Shown here: piece by piece, positions 36,372 through 46,134 of the stretch
Layout of the letters: each line of letters starts with the position of its first letter
How positions within the stretch are numbered: the stretch's first letter is position 1
Source of the DNA: Thermoanaerobaculia bacterium
Lineage (GTDB): Bacteria; Acidobacteriota; Thermoanaerobaculia; Multivoradales; UBA5704
Assembly (NCBI GenBank): GCA_044226625.1
Contig: JBGAGQ010000017.1
Span: forward strand, 23,978-87,977
Direction of reading: 5' to 3'
Length of the DNA: 64,000 nt
The notes under the pieces: generated by a model
What the model was told of the DNA's origin: nothing
Database searches by the model: none
Seen by the model: only the letters and a program-made list of their open reading frames with translations
Translations under genes and position numbers: made by a program

Positions 36372-39119
36372 ATGTGGCCTTCCGCACGCTCCTCCGCCCT
36401 CTGTTTTTGCCTCGTCGCCACGGCTTTTTCACCCGCTTCTTCGCCGGCCCAAATCGCACCCTCGTCCCATTTTTCCGTGCCGATCGACGTGGTGGATGGG
36501 AAGGGGAAGAGCGTCGAGGAGATCTCCGCCTCCGACCTGGAGGTCGTCGTCGGCAACGGACTGCCGGCGTCCGCCGTAGATCTCGGCCGGATGACCCCGG
36601 ACCGGCCATGGCGGATCGTCCTGTACTTCGATCGCGTGACGAGCGGTACCCGCTCTTTGCGCGCGGCGGCGGACGTGCTCTCGGAGCAGCTGCCGGCTCT
36701 CGTGGCTTCCGGCGAGGTGGAGGTCGTCGTCGCGGAGCCCGCTCCGCGGGAGCTGGTTCCGCCGACGCGCTCGGCGGCAGCGCTCGAAGAGGCGCTTGCC
36801 CAGCTCTTCGTCACCGTGGAGGGGCGCGACGACTTGCGCGAAGGGAGGGCTCGCTTCGCGGCCCGCGCGGCGGAAGCGGGGTCCGTTCGTCGTGGTGGTG
36901 AAGCGGAGGAGGCGCTGGCCGCCGAGCAGCGGACGGCGCTTCGGCAGCAGGATCGATTCCTGACCTTTCTGGCCCAGCCGGCTTCCGAAGCGGAGAATTC
37001 CACCGCCCCTCCGGGACCGCGCGCGGTCGTGCTCGTGAGCGACGGCTATGACCTCGATCCGGCTCCCGCCTACGGGCTCTCGCAAGCAGGGATTCCGCCT
37101 CTCGATCGCGCGGCGCGGGCGACCGCCGATGCCGCCGCGGATCTGGGTTGGACCGTCTTCGCGCTACGTCTTGGCGATGAAAAACTGCCGGACACCCGGC
37201 GGTGGGGGCTCGCGCCAATGCAAGGGGGCCTCGGCGGGCGCGTGACCTTGCCGGTGCCGGGCCCACCGGTCCCCCTCGAGCGAGCGCTTCCGTCGCTCGC
37301 CGATCCGGAGGCTCCGCTGCGTCTCCTCACGGAGGCGAGCGGCGGCGCGATGGCCGCGTCGCGCGGCGCCGTGTCGTCCCTCATCGCCTCGTTGAGCCGC
37401 CGCTGGCTCCTCACCTGGGACGGCCCGGAGATCGCGCCAGGAACGGGAGTGCCGCTCGAAATCCGAGTGAAGAAGGCGGGGCGGTTCGCGCTCGCCCCGC
37501 GACGCCTCGGTACGGGAGTCCCGGCCGAGGTGGCGGCGGCGCGGGGACGGTCGCTGCTTGCGGGCGACGACCTGGACCTCGATTTCGATCTCAAAGCTGA
37601 ACGTGTGTCGGAGGCGGAGTCGTCGCCCGCCGCTCCGGCGCCGACACCCAATGCGGAGCCGTCTGCACGGATCGAGGCGCGCATGGAGAAGCTGGCGGAC
37701 GATCCGGCGCTTCGCTTCACCCGCCTCGCCGATCTCTTATCGCCGCCGCAGGCGCTCGAGCCGCCGTCTTCATCGTCGGGAGATCCCGCTGCCGTGTCCT
37801 CGGAGGTACGGGTCGCGCGCTGGCCCCTCGCCCCCAGCGATCCCGGCCGTGGAGTCCTGATCGTCGACGATCCACGGACGGGGAGATTGGGCGCGGCGCT
37901 GATCGAGAGGCCGGAAGCCGAGGAGCCTGCCGTTCTGGCCGAGGCCGAGGCCTCTTCGTCCCGCGCGACGGCTCCGGTCCGCCGGCCGAAGAACGGCCTC
38001 ACCGTGCGCATTCTTCGTCCGTTGCCCGGAAGGGCCGCGGGACCGGTCGAGGTCGAGGCCGACGTGCGCTGGGCGTCCGAAGCGCGGCTCGAACGGGTGG
38101 AGTTCTTCTGGGATGACGAGCTTCAGGCGACCGCGTACGAGGCGCCGTTCCGTCGATCCGTGCCGGTGCCGCGCGACGGCACGGTGGGATTTTTGCGCGT
38201 CGCGGCCCGTTTGGCCGACGGAACGATCGCCGACGACGCCGTCCTGATGAACGCCGGCGCGGCGGGGGAGCGGGTCGACGTCCGGCTGGTCGAAGTACCG
38301 GTAATCGTCACCGATCGCGACGGCCGGCCCGTTCGGGGCCTCGCGCGCGAGGATTTTCGGCTCAAGAGAAACGGCACGCCGCAGGAGATCGCGGGATTCG
38401 CCGACGCGGGGGACCTGCCTCTCACCCTTGCGCTCGCGGTCGATTCCTCGGCGAGCATGTTTCTCAAGCTTCCGCGCGTCGAGCGCGCGGCGCGTTCGCT
38501 TCTCCTCTCGGCGCTCGCGCCTCGCGATCGGGCTCTGCTGATCGATTTCGACTCCTCGCCGCGGCTGGTCTCGCATCCCACGCGAGACCTGGCTTCCGTC
38601 GCGGAAGCGCTCTCGTCGCTCTCGGCCGACGGCGGCACGGCGCTTTGGAGCGCCGTGAGCTTCGGGCTTTCGGAGCTTTCGGGAGTGGCCGGAAGGAAAG
38701 CTTTGGTGGTCTATTCCGATGGTGTGGGCGAGGAGGACCCGACCTCCTACGGCGAGTGCCTTCGCGCCGCGCGGTCGGCCCGCGTGCCGGTCTATCTGGT
38801 CCTTTCCGCCTCGCTTTCGGCGCGGAAGGCGGGATCGCTTCTGCGCGAGCCGCTCGGCGAGAAGCTCGAGCGGCTGGCCCGGGCGACGGGGGGCGACGCG
38901 ATCTTCCTCGACGCAAGCTTGGGAGCGGATCCCGGGCCGACCGACGACCTCTCGTCGGTCTACCGGCGCATCCTCGCGGAGCTTCGAAGCCAATACGTCC
39001 TCACGTTCTATCCGCCGGAAGGGAGCAGCGACAGCTGGCAAGACTTGGCGGTCGAGGTGAAAAAGCCGGGCCTTTCGGCTCGCGCGCTCGAGGGGTACGT
39101 GCCCCGACACTCACGCTGA
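36372..39119 (+). CDS. Acidobacterial-type VWA-domain protein (915 aa, internally duplicated N-module)
   Basis: Signal peptide. C-terminal module VDVRLVEVPVIVTDRDGRPVRGLAREDFRLKRNGTPQEIAGF followed by VWA (LAVDSSASM, GGTALW, VVYSDG) and SQYVLTFYP. The N-terminal part repeats the beta-module pattern (FSVPIDVVDGKGKSVEEISASDLEVVV). Confidence 0.8.
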   Translation: MWPSARSSALCFCLVATAFSPASSPAQIAPSSHFSVPIDVVDGKGKSVEEISASDLEVVVGNGLPASAVDLGRMTPDRPWRIVLYFDRVTSGTRSLRAAADVLSEQLPALVASGEVEVVVAEPAPRELVPPTRSAAALEEALAQLFVTVEGRDDLREGRARFAARAAEAGSVRRGGEAEEALAAEQRTALRQQDRFLTFLAQPASEAENSTAPPGPRAVVLVSDGYDLDPAPAYGLSQAGIPPLDRAARATADAAADLGWTVFALRLGDEKLPDTRRWGLAPMQGGLGGRVTLPVPGPPVPLERALPSLADPEAPLRLLTEASGGAMAASRGAVSSLIASLSRRWLLTWDGPEIAPGTGVPLEIRVKKAGRFALAPRRLGTGVPAEVAAARGRSLLAGDDLDLDFDLKAERVSEAESSPAAPAPTPNAEPSARIEARMEKLADDPALRFTRLADLLSPPQALEPPSSSSGDPAAVSSEVRVARWPLAPSDPGRGVLIVDDPRTGRLGAALIERPEAEEPAVLAEAEASSSRATAPVRRPKNGLTVRILRPLPGRAAGPVEVEADVRWASEARLERVEFFWDDELQATAYEAPFRRSVPVPRDGTVGFLRVAARLADGTIADDAVLMNAGAAGERVDVRLVEVPVIVTDRDGRPVRGLAREDFRLKRNGTPQEIAGFADAGDLPLTLALAVDSSASMFLKLPRVERAARSLLLSALAPRDRALLIDFDSSPRLVSHPTRDLASVAEALSSLSADGGTALWSAVSFGLSELSGVAGRKALVVYSDGVGEEDPTSYGECLRAARSARVPVYLVLSASLSARKAGSLLREPLGEKLERLARATGGDAIFLDASLGADPGPTDDLSSVYRRILAELRSQYVLTFYPPEGSSDSWQDLAVEVKKPGLSARALEGYVPRHSR

Positions 39120-39179
39120 AGCCGAACGCCGCCGCGTGAAACAGGTCCCCGAGGACCGGCGTAGTGGAGAGCGACGCCC

Positions 39180-41648
39180 TTGGGGGAAACTCTCATGCGC
39201 TCGCTTCTCGACGACCTCAAATACGCACTTCGCTTGCTTCGGAAAAGCCCCGGTTTCGCTTCGGCCTCGATCCTCACGCTAGCGCTCGCCATCGGCGCCA
39301 ACACGGCGATTTTTTCGGTGGCCTACGGCATTTTGCTCGCGCCGCCGCCGTTTCCCGATCCTGAACGCCTCGCCGAGGTGCTCCGCAAATTCTCGCAAGG
39401 GACGGTGCCGTCGGTTTCCTCGACCCGTTTCTTCTATTGGCGCGAAAACAGCAAGGCGTTCTCCGACCTCGCCGTTTACGACGACATCGGCTCGGGCTTC
39501 AACTTGACCGGCGACGGCAAGCCGGAGCGGATCGTCGGCTCTCGTGTCTCGCGCGATTTCTTCCGCGTCTTGAGGGTCAATCCCACCCTCGGCCGCTCCT
39601 TCGCCGCGGAGGAAGACGCTCCTGGTGGGCCGCGGGCCGTGGTCCTCTCCGACGCCCTGTGGCACCGCCGTTTCGGAGGCGATCCCAAGGCGGTCGGGCG
39701 GGTGATTCAGTTGAACGGCGATCCATACTCGGTCGTGGGGGTGATGCCCGCCTCGTTCCGCTACCCTCCGACCGCCGAGCTTTGGACGGCTCTTCAGGCG
39801 AACCCCGCGACGACCGAGGTGGCCAACTATCTGCGTTTGATGGGCCGGCTCGCCCCAGGAAAGAGCTTGGAGGAAGCGCAGGCGGAAGCGCCGCTTCTCG
39901 CCAAGTCGCTCGGCAAGCGCTATCCCAACCTCCCCTTCTCGCCCGACGAGAGCGCGACGGTGCAGAGCCTGCAAGACCGATTGGGGCGCGGGGTGCGACC
40001 TGCGCTCGTAATCCTGCTCGGTGCGGTCGGCTGTGTTCTGCTCATTGCCTGCGTCAACATCGCGAACCTTCAGCTCGCCCGCGGCGCCGCCAGGCAGCGC
40101 GAGCTCGCGATCCGCTCAGCGCTCGGCGCGGGATCGCGGCGAATCTCTCGGCAACTGCTCACCGAAAGCCTGCTCCTCGCTCTGGTCGGCGGAGCGATCG
40201 GCGTCGGCCTCGGGGCACTGGCGATTCGGCCGCTGCTCGCGCTGTCGCCCGTACCGCTCAACCCTCTCCGGCCGATCGAGGTCAACGGCGGCGTGCTCGC
40301 CTTCGCTCTCGGCTTGTCACTCCTTTCAGGGCTCCTCTTCGGCCTCGCCCCAGCCCTTCAGGTGCTGCGCTCCGAGGTGGCCGATCCGCTGCGCGAGGGG
40401 GCGGGCCGCATCACCCTGGGCAAGAAAGGGCTTCTCGCTCGCAGGTTGCTCGTCGTGGGCGAGGTGGCGCTCGCGCTCGTCCTTCTGGTCGGCGCGAGCT
40501 TGCTCGCCAAGAGCTTCGTCGGCATGGTGAGGACGAATCCAGGGATCGAGGTCGACGGCGTCCTCACGCAAAAGATCTCCCTGCCGGAGAAGCGCTACGG
40601 CGATCCTGCCGCTCTCGATCGCTTCGCCCGGGAGACTTCGGAAAGGGTGGCGGCCCTGCCTGGAGTGGAGAGCGCCGCTTTCGCGAGCACGCTGCCTCTC
40701 GAAGACGGTCCCGACATGTTCTTCATGGTCGAGGGGCGCGATCCCAACGCGGCCGACGCCGGTTTCGATCCTCAGATCCGGATCGTGAGCGAGGGCTATT
40801 TCGCGGCGATGGGGATTCCGATCGTTCGCGGGCGCGGCTTCGATTCGAGCGATCGGGCCGACTCGGCGCCGGTCGTGGTCTTGAATCAGGCGGCGGCGAA
40901 GCTGATCTGGCCCAAAGGGGATCCTCTCGCCGGCCGCTTGATCATGGGATCGCCAAAGGTTCCGGAGCTGTCGGACATGCGGCCTCGGCCGGTCGTCGGC
41001 ATCGTCGGCGACGTTCGCGAATCGGGTCTCCAGCAACCGCCTCCTCCGGTCGTCTACCTCGCCGCCGGCCAGGTGCCTGAAGGGCTTCTCACTCTGCTGG
41101 TCCGCTTGATCCCCGCCTCTTTCGTGGTACGTGGACAGGGCTCGCCAGAGGCGCTCGCGGCTCCGGTCGCCAAGGCGATCTGGTCGGTCGACCCTGACCT
41201 GCCCGTAACCAACGTGCTCACCATGCGCGAGGTGCTCCGGCGCTCAGTCGGTAGCGACTCGTGGAACGCGGCGTTGCTCGGGATCCTCGCCCTCGCGGCG
41301 CTCGCCCTCGCGGCGATCGGCATCTACGGAGTGCTCTCGTTCCTCGTCGAGCAGCGCACGCGAGAGATCGGCGTTCGCATGGCGCTCGGCGCGAGCGCCC
41401 GCGAGGTCACCCGCCTGGTCCTCCAGCAAGGGGGCGTGCCGGTCGGAATCGGGCTGCTGCTCGGTCTCGGCGGGGCATTCGCGTTGACCCGATATCTCGA
41501 GAGCTTGGTCTACGGAATGAGCGTCCGCGATCCGCTCGCCTTCGTCCTGGGCGCCGGCTCGCTCGGGGCGGTCGCGCTGTTCGCGAGCTTCGTTCCGGCG
41601 CGTCGAGCGAGCCGGCTCGACCCGCTGGTGGCGTTGCGGCGGGACTAG
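39180..41648 (+). CDS. ADOP-family duplicated orphan permease (MacB/FtsX-like, two FtsX halves)
   Basis: Canonical N-terminus LLDDLKYALRLLRKSPGFASASILTLALAIGANTAIFSV. 822 aa with two MacB-periplasmic/FtsX units. The start may instead be ATG 39195. Confidence 0.9.
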   Translation: MGETLMRSLLDDLKYALRLLRKSPGFASASILTLALAIGANTAIFSVAYGILLAPPPFPDPERLAEVLRKFSQGTVPSVSSTRFFYWRENSKAFSDLAVYDDIGSGFNLTGDGKPERIVGSRVSRDFFRVLRVNPTLGRSFAAEEDAPGGPRAVVLSDALWHRRFGGDPKAVGRVIQLNGDPYSVVGVMPASFRYPPTAELWTALQANPATTEVANYLRLMGRLAPGKSLEEAQAEAPLLAKSLGKRYPNLPFSPDESATVQSLQDRLGRGVRPALVILLGAVGCVLLIACVNIANLQLARGAARQRELAIRSALGAGSRRISRQLLTESLLLALVGGAIGVGLGALAIRPLLALSPVPLNPLRPIEVNGGVLAFALGLSLLSGLLFGLAPALQVLRSEVADPLREGAGRITLGKKGLLARRLLVVGEVALALVLLVGASLLAKSFVGMVRTNPGIEVDGVLTQKISLPEKRYGDPAALDRFARETSERVAALPGVESAAFASTLPLEDGPDMFFMVEGRDPNAADAGFDPQIRIVSEGYFAAMGIPIVRGRGFDSSDRADSAPVVVLNQAAAKLIWPKGDPLAGRLIMGSPKVPELSDMRPRPVVGIVGDVRESGLQQPPPPVVYLAAGQVPEGLLTLLVRLIPASFVVRGQGSPEALAAPVAKAIWSVDPDLPVTNVLTMREVLRRSVGSDSWNAALLGILALAALALAAIGIYGVLSFLVEQRTREIGVRMALGASAREVTRLVLQQGGVPVGIGLLLGLGGAFALTRYLESLVYGMSVRDPLAFVLGAGSLGAVALFASFVPARRASRLDPLVALRRD

Positions 41649-41834
41649 AGGCCGCAGCCACACCCCAGAGCGTCGCGGGCGATCCGGTTCATTGGATCGC
41701 CTTCGGGCCTTGGGGATTCACCTCGTTTCCCCCGTCCCGCCTTGCGGCGGCATCCGTCGATTTGCCACAATGCGGCGACGGGCGCGAGACGCTCCTCCCG
41801 CGGTCCTCCATCCTCCGGAACAACGAGGGAATCC

Positions 41835-42932
41835 ATGTCTGAAAAGATCCAGTTCTTCCTTCCCGGCCCGACCTATGTCCTCGAAGAGGTTCGGCAGGCG
41901 ATGACGAAGCCGATGGTCGGCCACCGTTCGGCGGGCTTCAAGACCTTCTATCTGGGCCTCTCGGCGAAGCTGCCGAAGCTCCTCCGCACCTCGGGCGACG
42001 TGATGGTCGCCTCCGGCAGCTCGACGCTCGTGATGGAGAGCGCGGTCGTCTCTTGCGTTCCGCAATCCGTACTGAACCTCACCTGCGGCGCGTTTTCCGA
42101 GCGCTGGCACAAGATCAGTAAATCGGTGGGCAAGGACGCCGACAAGCTCGCGTTCCCCTGGGGCCAGCCGATCGATCCGGATCTGGTGCGGAAGGCCCTC
42201 GAGCGGAAGAAATACGACGCGGTCACGATGGTCCACAACGAGACCTCGACCGGCGTGATGAGCCCGATCGCCGACGTCGCCCGCGTGATCCGCGAATCGA
42301 GCGACGCGCTGGTGATCGTCGACGCGGTCTCTTCGCTCGGCGGCGCGCCAGTCGAGACGGAGGCCTGGGGGATCGACATCACGCTCGCGGGCACCCAGAA
42401 GGCGATCGCCGTGCCGCCCGGGCTCACCGTCTTCACCCTGTCCGATCGCGCCGCGGAGCAAGCCGCCAAGGTCCCCTTCCGGGGCTTCTACACCGACCTG
42501 CTCAATTACCGGGACAAGCATCGCGAGGGCGGGTTCATCACCACGCCGGCGATTCCGCTCCTCTACGCGCTCGACCGGCAGATGGACGTCATCCTCGCCG
42601 AGGGAATGGAGGCGCGGTGGGAGCGCCATGCCGCGCTACAGAAGCAGACGGCGGATTGGGCCGCCGCCCGCAGCATCTCGTTCGCTTCGGCCGAAGGCGC
42701 CCGGTCGCTCACCGTGAGCTGCTTCACCGCTCCCGAAGGACTCGACCCGCAGGCGCTCACCAAGGCGCTCACGGCGCGTGGCACGACGATCGGCGGTGGT
42801 TATGGCGATTGGAAACCGACGACTTTCCGCATCGGCCATATGGGCGAGGTGCGCGAGAGCGACCTCACGGCGTTGCTCGCCCAGATCGACGAAGAGATGG
42901 CTCGCCTGACGGCTCCGGCCGCGATCGCCTGA
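41835..42932 (+). CDS. Class V aminotransferase (phosphoserine / serine-glyoxylate aminotransferase type)
   Basis: Track ORF trimmed to ATG 41835 (MSEKIQFFLPGPTYV). PLP-Lys context LAGTQKAIAVPPG. Lies directly upstream of the SerA domain gene. Confidence 0.85.
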   Translation: MSEKIQFFLPGPTYVLEEVRQAMTKPMVGHRSAGFKTFYLGLSAKLPKLLRTSGDVMVASGSSTLVMESAVVSCVPQSVLNLTCGAFSERWHKISKSVGKDADKLAFPWGQPIDPDLVRKALERKKYDAVTMVHNETSTGVMSPIADVARVIRESSDALVIVDAVSSLGGAPVETEAWGIDITLAGTQKAIAVPPGLTVFTLSDRAAEQAAKVPFRGFYTDLLNYRDKHREGGFITTPAIPLLYALDRQMDVILAEGMEARWERHAALQKQTADWAAARSISFASAEGARSLTVSCFTAPEGLDPQALTKALTARGTTIGGGYGDWKPTTFRIGHMGEVRESDLTALLAQIDEEMARLTAPAAIA

Positions 42933-42938
42933 ACTTCG

Positions 42939-45059
42939 ATGCCCGATTCGATCCCGTCCACGAACCTGCCCACGACCTCGCAGCCGATGCCGAAGATCCT
43001 GATCGCCGACCCCCTCGACCCCTACGGGCTCGAGCTCTTGACCAAGGCCGGCGCGGAGATCCGCGTCGTGGCGCGCGACGAGCGCGGCCGGCTCGCCGAG
43101 CTGATCGCCGACGTCGACGCCCTCGTCGTCCGGAGCGCCACGCAGGTGACCGCCGAGCTGATGCAGGCGGGAAAGAACCTCAAGGCGGTCGGGCGTGCGG
43201 GCGTCGGGGTCGACAACGTGGACGTCGGAGCCGCCGCCGAGCTCGGCATCCCGGTGGTGAACGCTCCGACCGCGAACCTCACCTCGGCGACCGAGCACAC
43301 CCTGGCTCTGTTGCTCGCGCTGGCCCGCCAGGTGCCGGCCGCCGACGCGTCGATGAAGCGCGGGGAATGGGACCGGACGAGCTTCCTAGGAACCGAGCTC
43401 GACGGCAAGACGCTCGGGGTGGTCGGCTTCGGTCGTATCGGCCAGCGCGTCGCCGAGCGGGCCAAGTCGTTCGGCATGTCGATCGTCGCCGCCGATCCCT
43501 ACGGGGATGCCGAAGTCGCCCGCCGCCTCGGCGTCGAGCTCGTTTCGATCGACGAGCTGATCGCTCGGGCGGACGCGATCACGCTCCACACCCCGCTCAT
43601 CGAGGCGACCCGCAACGTCATTTCGCGCGAGCGGATCGCCGCGATGAAGCCGGGGACGTTGCTGGTCAACTGCGCGCGGGGCGGGTTGATCGACGACCAG
43701 GCGCTGCTCGAAGCGCTCGATGCCGGAACGATCGGCGGCGCGGCGTTCGACGTGTACGAAAAGGAGCCGCCGGTCGACCGTCGGCTCGCGGAGCACCCGC
43801 GGGTAGTCGCGACACCGCACATCGGCGCTCAAACGCGGGAGGCCCAGCGGCGCATCTCGGAGGAGATGGCCCATCGGCTCCTGCCGCTCCTCGGCCTCAA
43901 GGTGCCCGCCTCGGCTTCTATGGCGGCGACGGCTCCTATGGCGGCCGGGCCGACGCCGAACACGGCCACCGGGAAGCTCCGGGTAGGCGTCATCTTCGGC
44001 GGCCGGAGCGTGGAACATCAGGTTTCGCTCCGCTCGGCCCGCACCGTGGTCCAGGGTCTCGAAGAGGCTGGGTATACCCCCGTGCCTTTGGCGATCGCGG
44101 AAGACGGTTGCTGGCTCTCGCCGGAGCGGTCGGCGGCGATCCTGCTCGACGGGGCGTTGGCCGTGCCGCCCGAGGGCAAGTCCGTCGCCTCGACCCTGGG
44201 CGCGCTGACCGGGGCCTCGGTCGATGCGCTCTTTCCGATCGTCCATGGCACCTGGGGTGAGGACGGCACGTTGCAAGGGCTTTGCGAGATGCTCGACCTC
44301 CCCTATGTGGGGCCGGGCGTCGCGACGAGCGCCCTCGCGATGGACAAGCGGCTCGCCAAGCGCCAGTTGCGCGCGGCCGGCGTGCCGGTGGTCGACGACG
44401 AGACGACCGACCGCGCGGGGTTCGAGCGCGACCGGGAGGAGATCGTCCGCCGGGCCTCCCGATTCCCTTACCCGCTGTTCGTCAAGCCGAGCGTCGGCGG
44501 CTCGAGTGTCGGCGTCGCCAAGGTCGAGCGTCCGGAAGACCTCGCGGCCGCCGTCGAGCTCGCGCTTCGATTCGACGAGGCGGTGCTCGTCGAGCGCGGT
44601 GTCCGGGGGCGCGAGCTTGAATGTGCCGTGCTCGGCGGCGCCGGCCGCATTGAGGCCTCCGGAGTCGGTGAGATCGTCCCGGGGAATGCCTTCTACGACT
44701 ACGCGGACAAATACCTGCAGGACACCGCCCGGCTGATCGCCCCGGCCGAGATCTCTCGGGAGGTCGAAGAGAGGCTACGCTCGATCGCGGTCGCCGCCTT
44801 CGACGCCCTTGGCGGCTCGGGGATGGCCCGGGTCGATTTCTTCCTCGAGGGCGAAGATCTCTACGTCAACGAGATCAACACCCTGCCCGGTTTCACCAGC
44901 ATCTCGATGTACCCGCGCCTCTGGGGGCTCTCGGGTCTCCCGCTGCCGAAGCTCGTGGGCCGGTTGGTGGAGATCGCGATCGAGCGCCATGCCGAGCGTC
45001 GCCGGCTCGACGCCGGGATCAAGCAGTTCCTGGGAGAGCTCGCCGCAGCCTCCTCCTAG
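42939..45059 (+). CDS. serA-ddl: Single ORF encoding D-3-phosphoglycerate dehydrogenase (short form) fused to D-alanine--D-alanine ligase
   Basis: N-terminal part: GVGVDNVD, GFGRIGQRVA and TPHIGAQT (2-hydroxyacid dehydrogenase). Ala/Pro linker at about 43900..43973. C-terminal part: LRVGVIFGGRSVEHQVSL, HGTWGEDGTLQG, VKPSVGGSSVGV and NEINTLPGFT (Ddl). There is no stop codon between the two parts. Confidence 0.8.
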   Translation: MPDSIPSTNLPTTSQPMPKILIADPLDPYGLELLTKAGAEIRVVARDERGRLAELIADVDALVVRSATQVTAELMQAGKNLKAVGRAGVGVDNVDVGAAAELGIPVVNAPTANLTSATEHTLALLLALARQVPAADASMKRGEWDRTSFLGTELDGKTLGVVGFGRIGQRVAERAKSFGMSIVAADPYGDAEVARRLGVELVSIDELIARADAITLHTPLIEATRNVISRERIAAMKPGTLLVNCARGGLIDDQALLEALDAGTIGGAAFDVYEKEPPVDRRLAEHPRVVATPHIGAQTREAQRRISEEMAHRLLPLLGLKVPASASMAATAPMAAGPTPNTATGKLRVGVIFGGRSVEHQVSLRSARTVVQGLEEAGYTPVPLAIAEDGCWLSPERSAAILLDGALAVPPEGKSVASTLGALTGASVDALFPIVHGTWGEDGTLQGLCEMLDLPYVGPGVATSALAMDKRLAKRQLRAAGVPVVDDETTDRAGFERDREEIVRRASRFPYPLFVKPSVGGSSVGVAKVERPEDLAAAVELALRFDEAVLVERGVRGRELECAVLGGAGRIEASGVGEIVPGNAFYDYADKYLQDTARLIAPAEISREVEERLRSIAVAAFDALGGSGMARVDFFLEGEDLYVNEINTLPGFTSISMYPRLWGLSGLPLPKLVGRLVEIAIERHAERRRLDAGIKQFLGELAAASS

Positions 45060-45157
45060 CCACCTCTTGGCCTTGCCGGCGGAGCCGCTTTGAGCGCTCA
45101 CGCCGGCCGGGCAAACTTTCCGGTCGACGGTAGGCCGAAGATTGGTAATCTCCGAAC

Positions 45158-46042
45158 GTGCACTTCACCGACCTCGTTCTTGCTCGGGCGCGGGAAAGAT
45201 CGCCGCTCGTCCTCGGAATCGATCCCGATTTCATCCTGATGCCTCCGGCCCTCCGGCCGGGGGAAGGAGCCACGGCGGGCGAGATATCGCGCCGCTTGGT
45301 GGCTTTCACCGAGTTGGTCCTCGAGGCGGCCGCGCCTTATTGCTGCGCGGCCAAGCCGCAGAGCGCCTTCTTCGAGCAGCATGGGAGCGCGGGCGTCGCG
45401 GCGCTCGCCGAATGTATGGCGAAGATCCGCGCCGCCGGCTTGCCGATCTTGCTCGACGTGAAGCGCGGCGACATCGGGTCGACGGCGGCGGCCTACGCCC
45501 GCGGTTACCTCGGCGACACCGATCTCGCGGCGGATGCCATCACGGTCAATCCCTTCCTCGGAAGCGACTCCCTCGCGCCCTTCGTCGGTGCCGCGACGGC
45601 TTCGGGCAAGGGCGTCTTCGTCCTGGTCAAGACCTCGAATCCCGGCTCGCGAGATCTGATGGATCTCGAGGTCACCGGCGGCACGGTCTCGGCCCGACTC
45701 GCCCGACAGGTCGAGCAGGCGACGAGCCTCGGGGTCGGCTCGAGCGGATACGGACTCATCGGAGCGGTCGTCGGCTCGACCTACCCCGGGCAGGCCGCGG
45801 CGTTACGCGGGCTAATGCCGCACGCTCCGGTTCTCGTGCCCGGCCTGGGAGCCCAAGGAGGCTCACTCGACGCGGTTCGCGCCGTGGCCGGTGCCGACGG
45901 AGGAGGGGTGCTCGTCCCCGTATCGCGGCGTCTCACCTATCCGACGTCGGAGGAGATCACCGCGGCTGGTGGCTACGCCGCGGCCGTGCGCGCGAATGCC
46001 CAGCGTTTCGCCGAGGAGCTTCGGGGCGCTCTCGACGGGTAG
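45158..46042 (+). CDS. pyrF: Orotidine 5'-phosphate decarboxylase (type 2)
   Basis: GTG start. LVLGIDP, LLDVKRGDIGST and VLVKTSNPG motifs. Confidence 0.9.
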   Translation: MHFTDLVLARARERSPLVLGIDPDFILMPPALRPGEGATAGEISRRLVAFTELVLEAAAPYCCAAKPQSAFFEQHGSAGVAALAECMAKIRAAGLPILLDVKRGDIGSTAAAYARGYLGDTDLAADAITVNPFLGSDSLAPFVGAATASGKGVFVLVKTSNPGSRDLMDLEVTGGTVSARLARQVEQATSLGVGSSGYGLIGAVVGSTYPGQAAALRGLMPHAPVLVPGLGAQGGSLDAVRAVAGADGGGVLVPVSRRLTYPTSEEITAAGGYAAAVRANAQRFAEELRGALDG

Positions 46043-46134
46043 GCGAGGCGGCGGACGGCGTGTCCCCCTTTCGGCTCCCGTTCGCACAGGAGCGATAGCC
46101 ACTCGCCAAGCAGCCCGCCCTCGAACCTCCTCTC

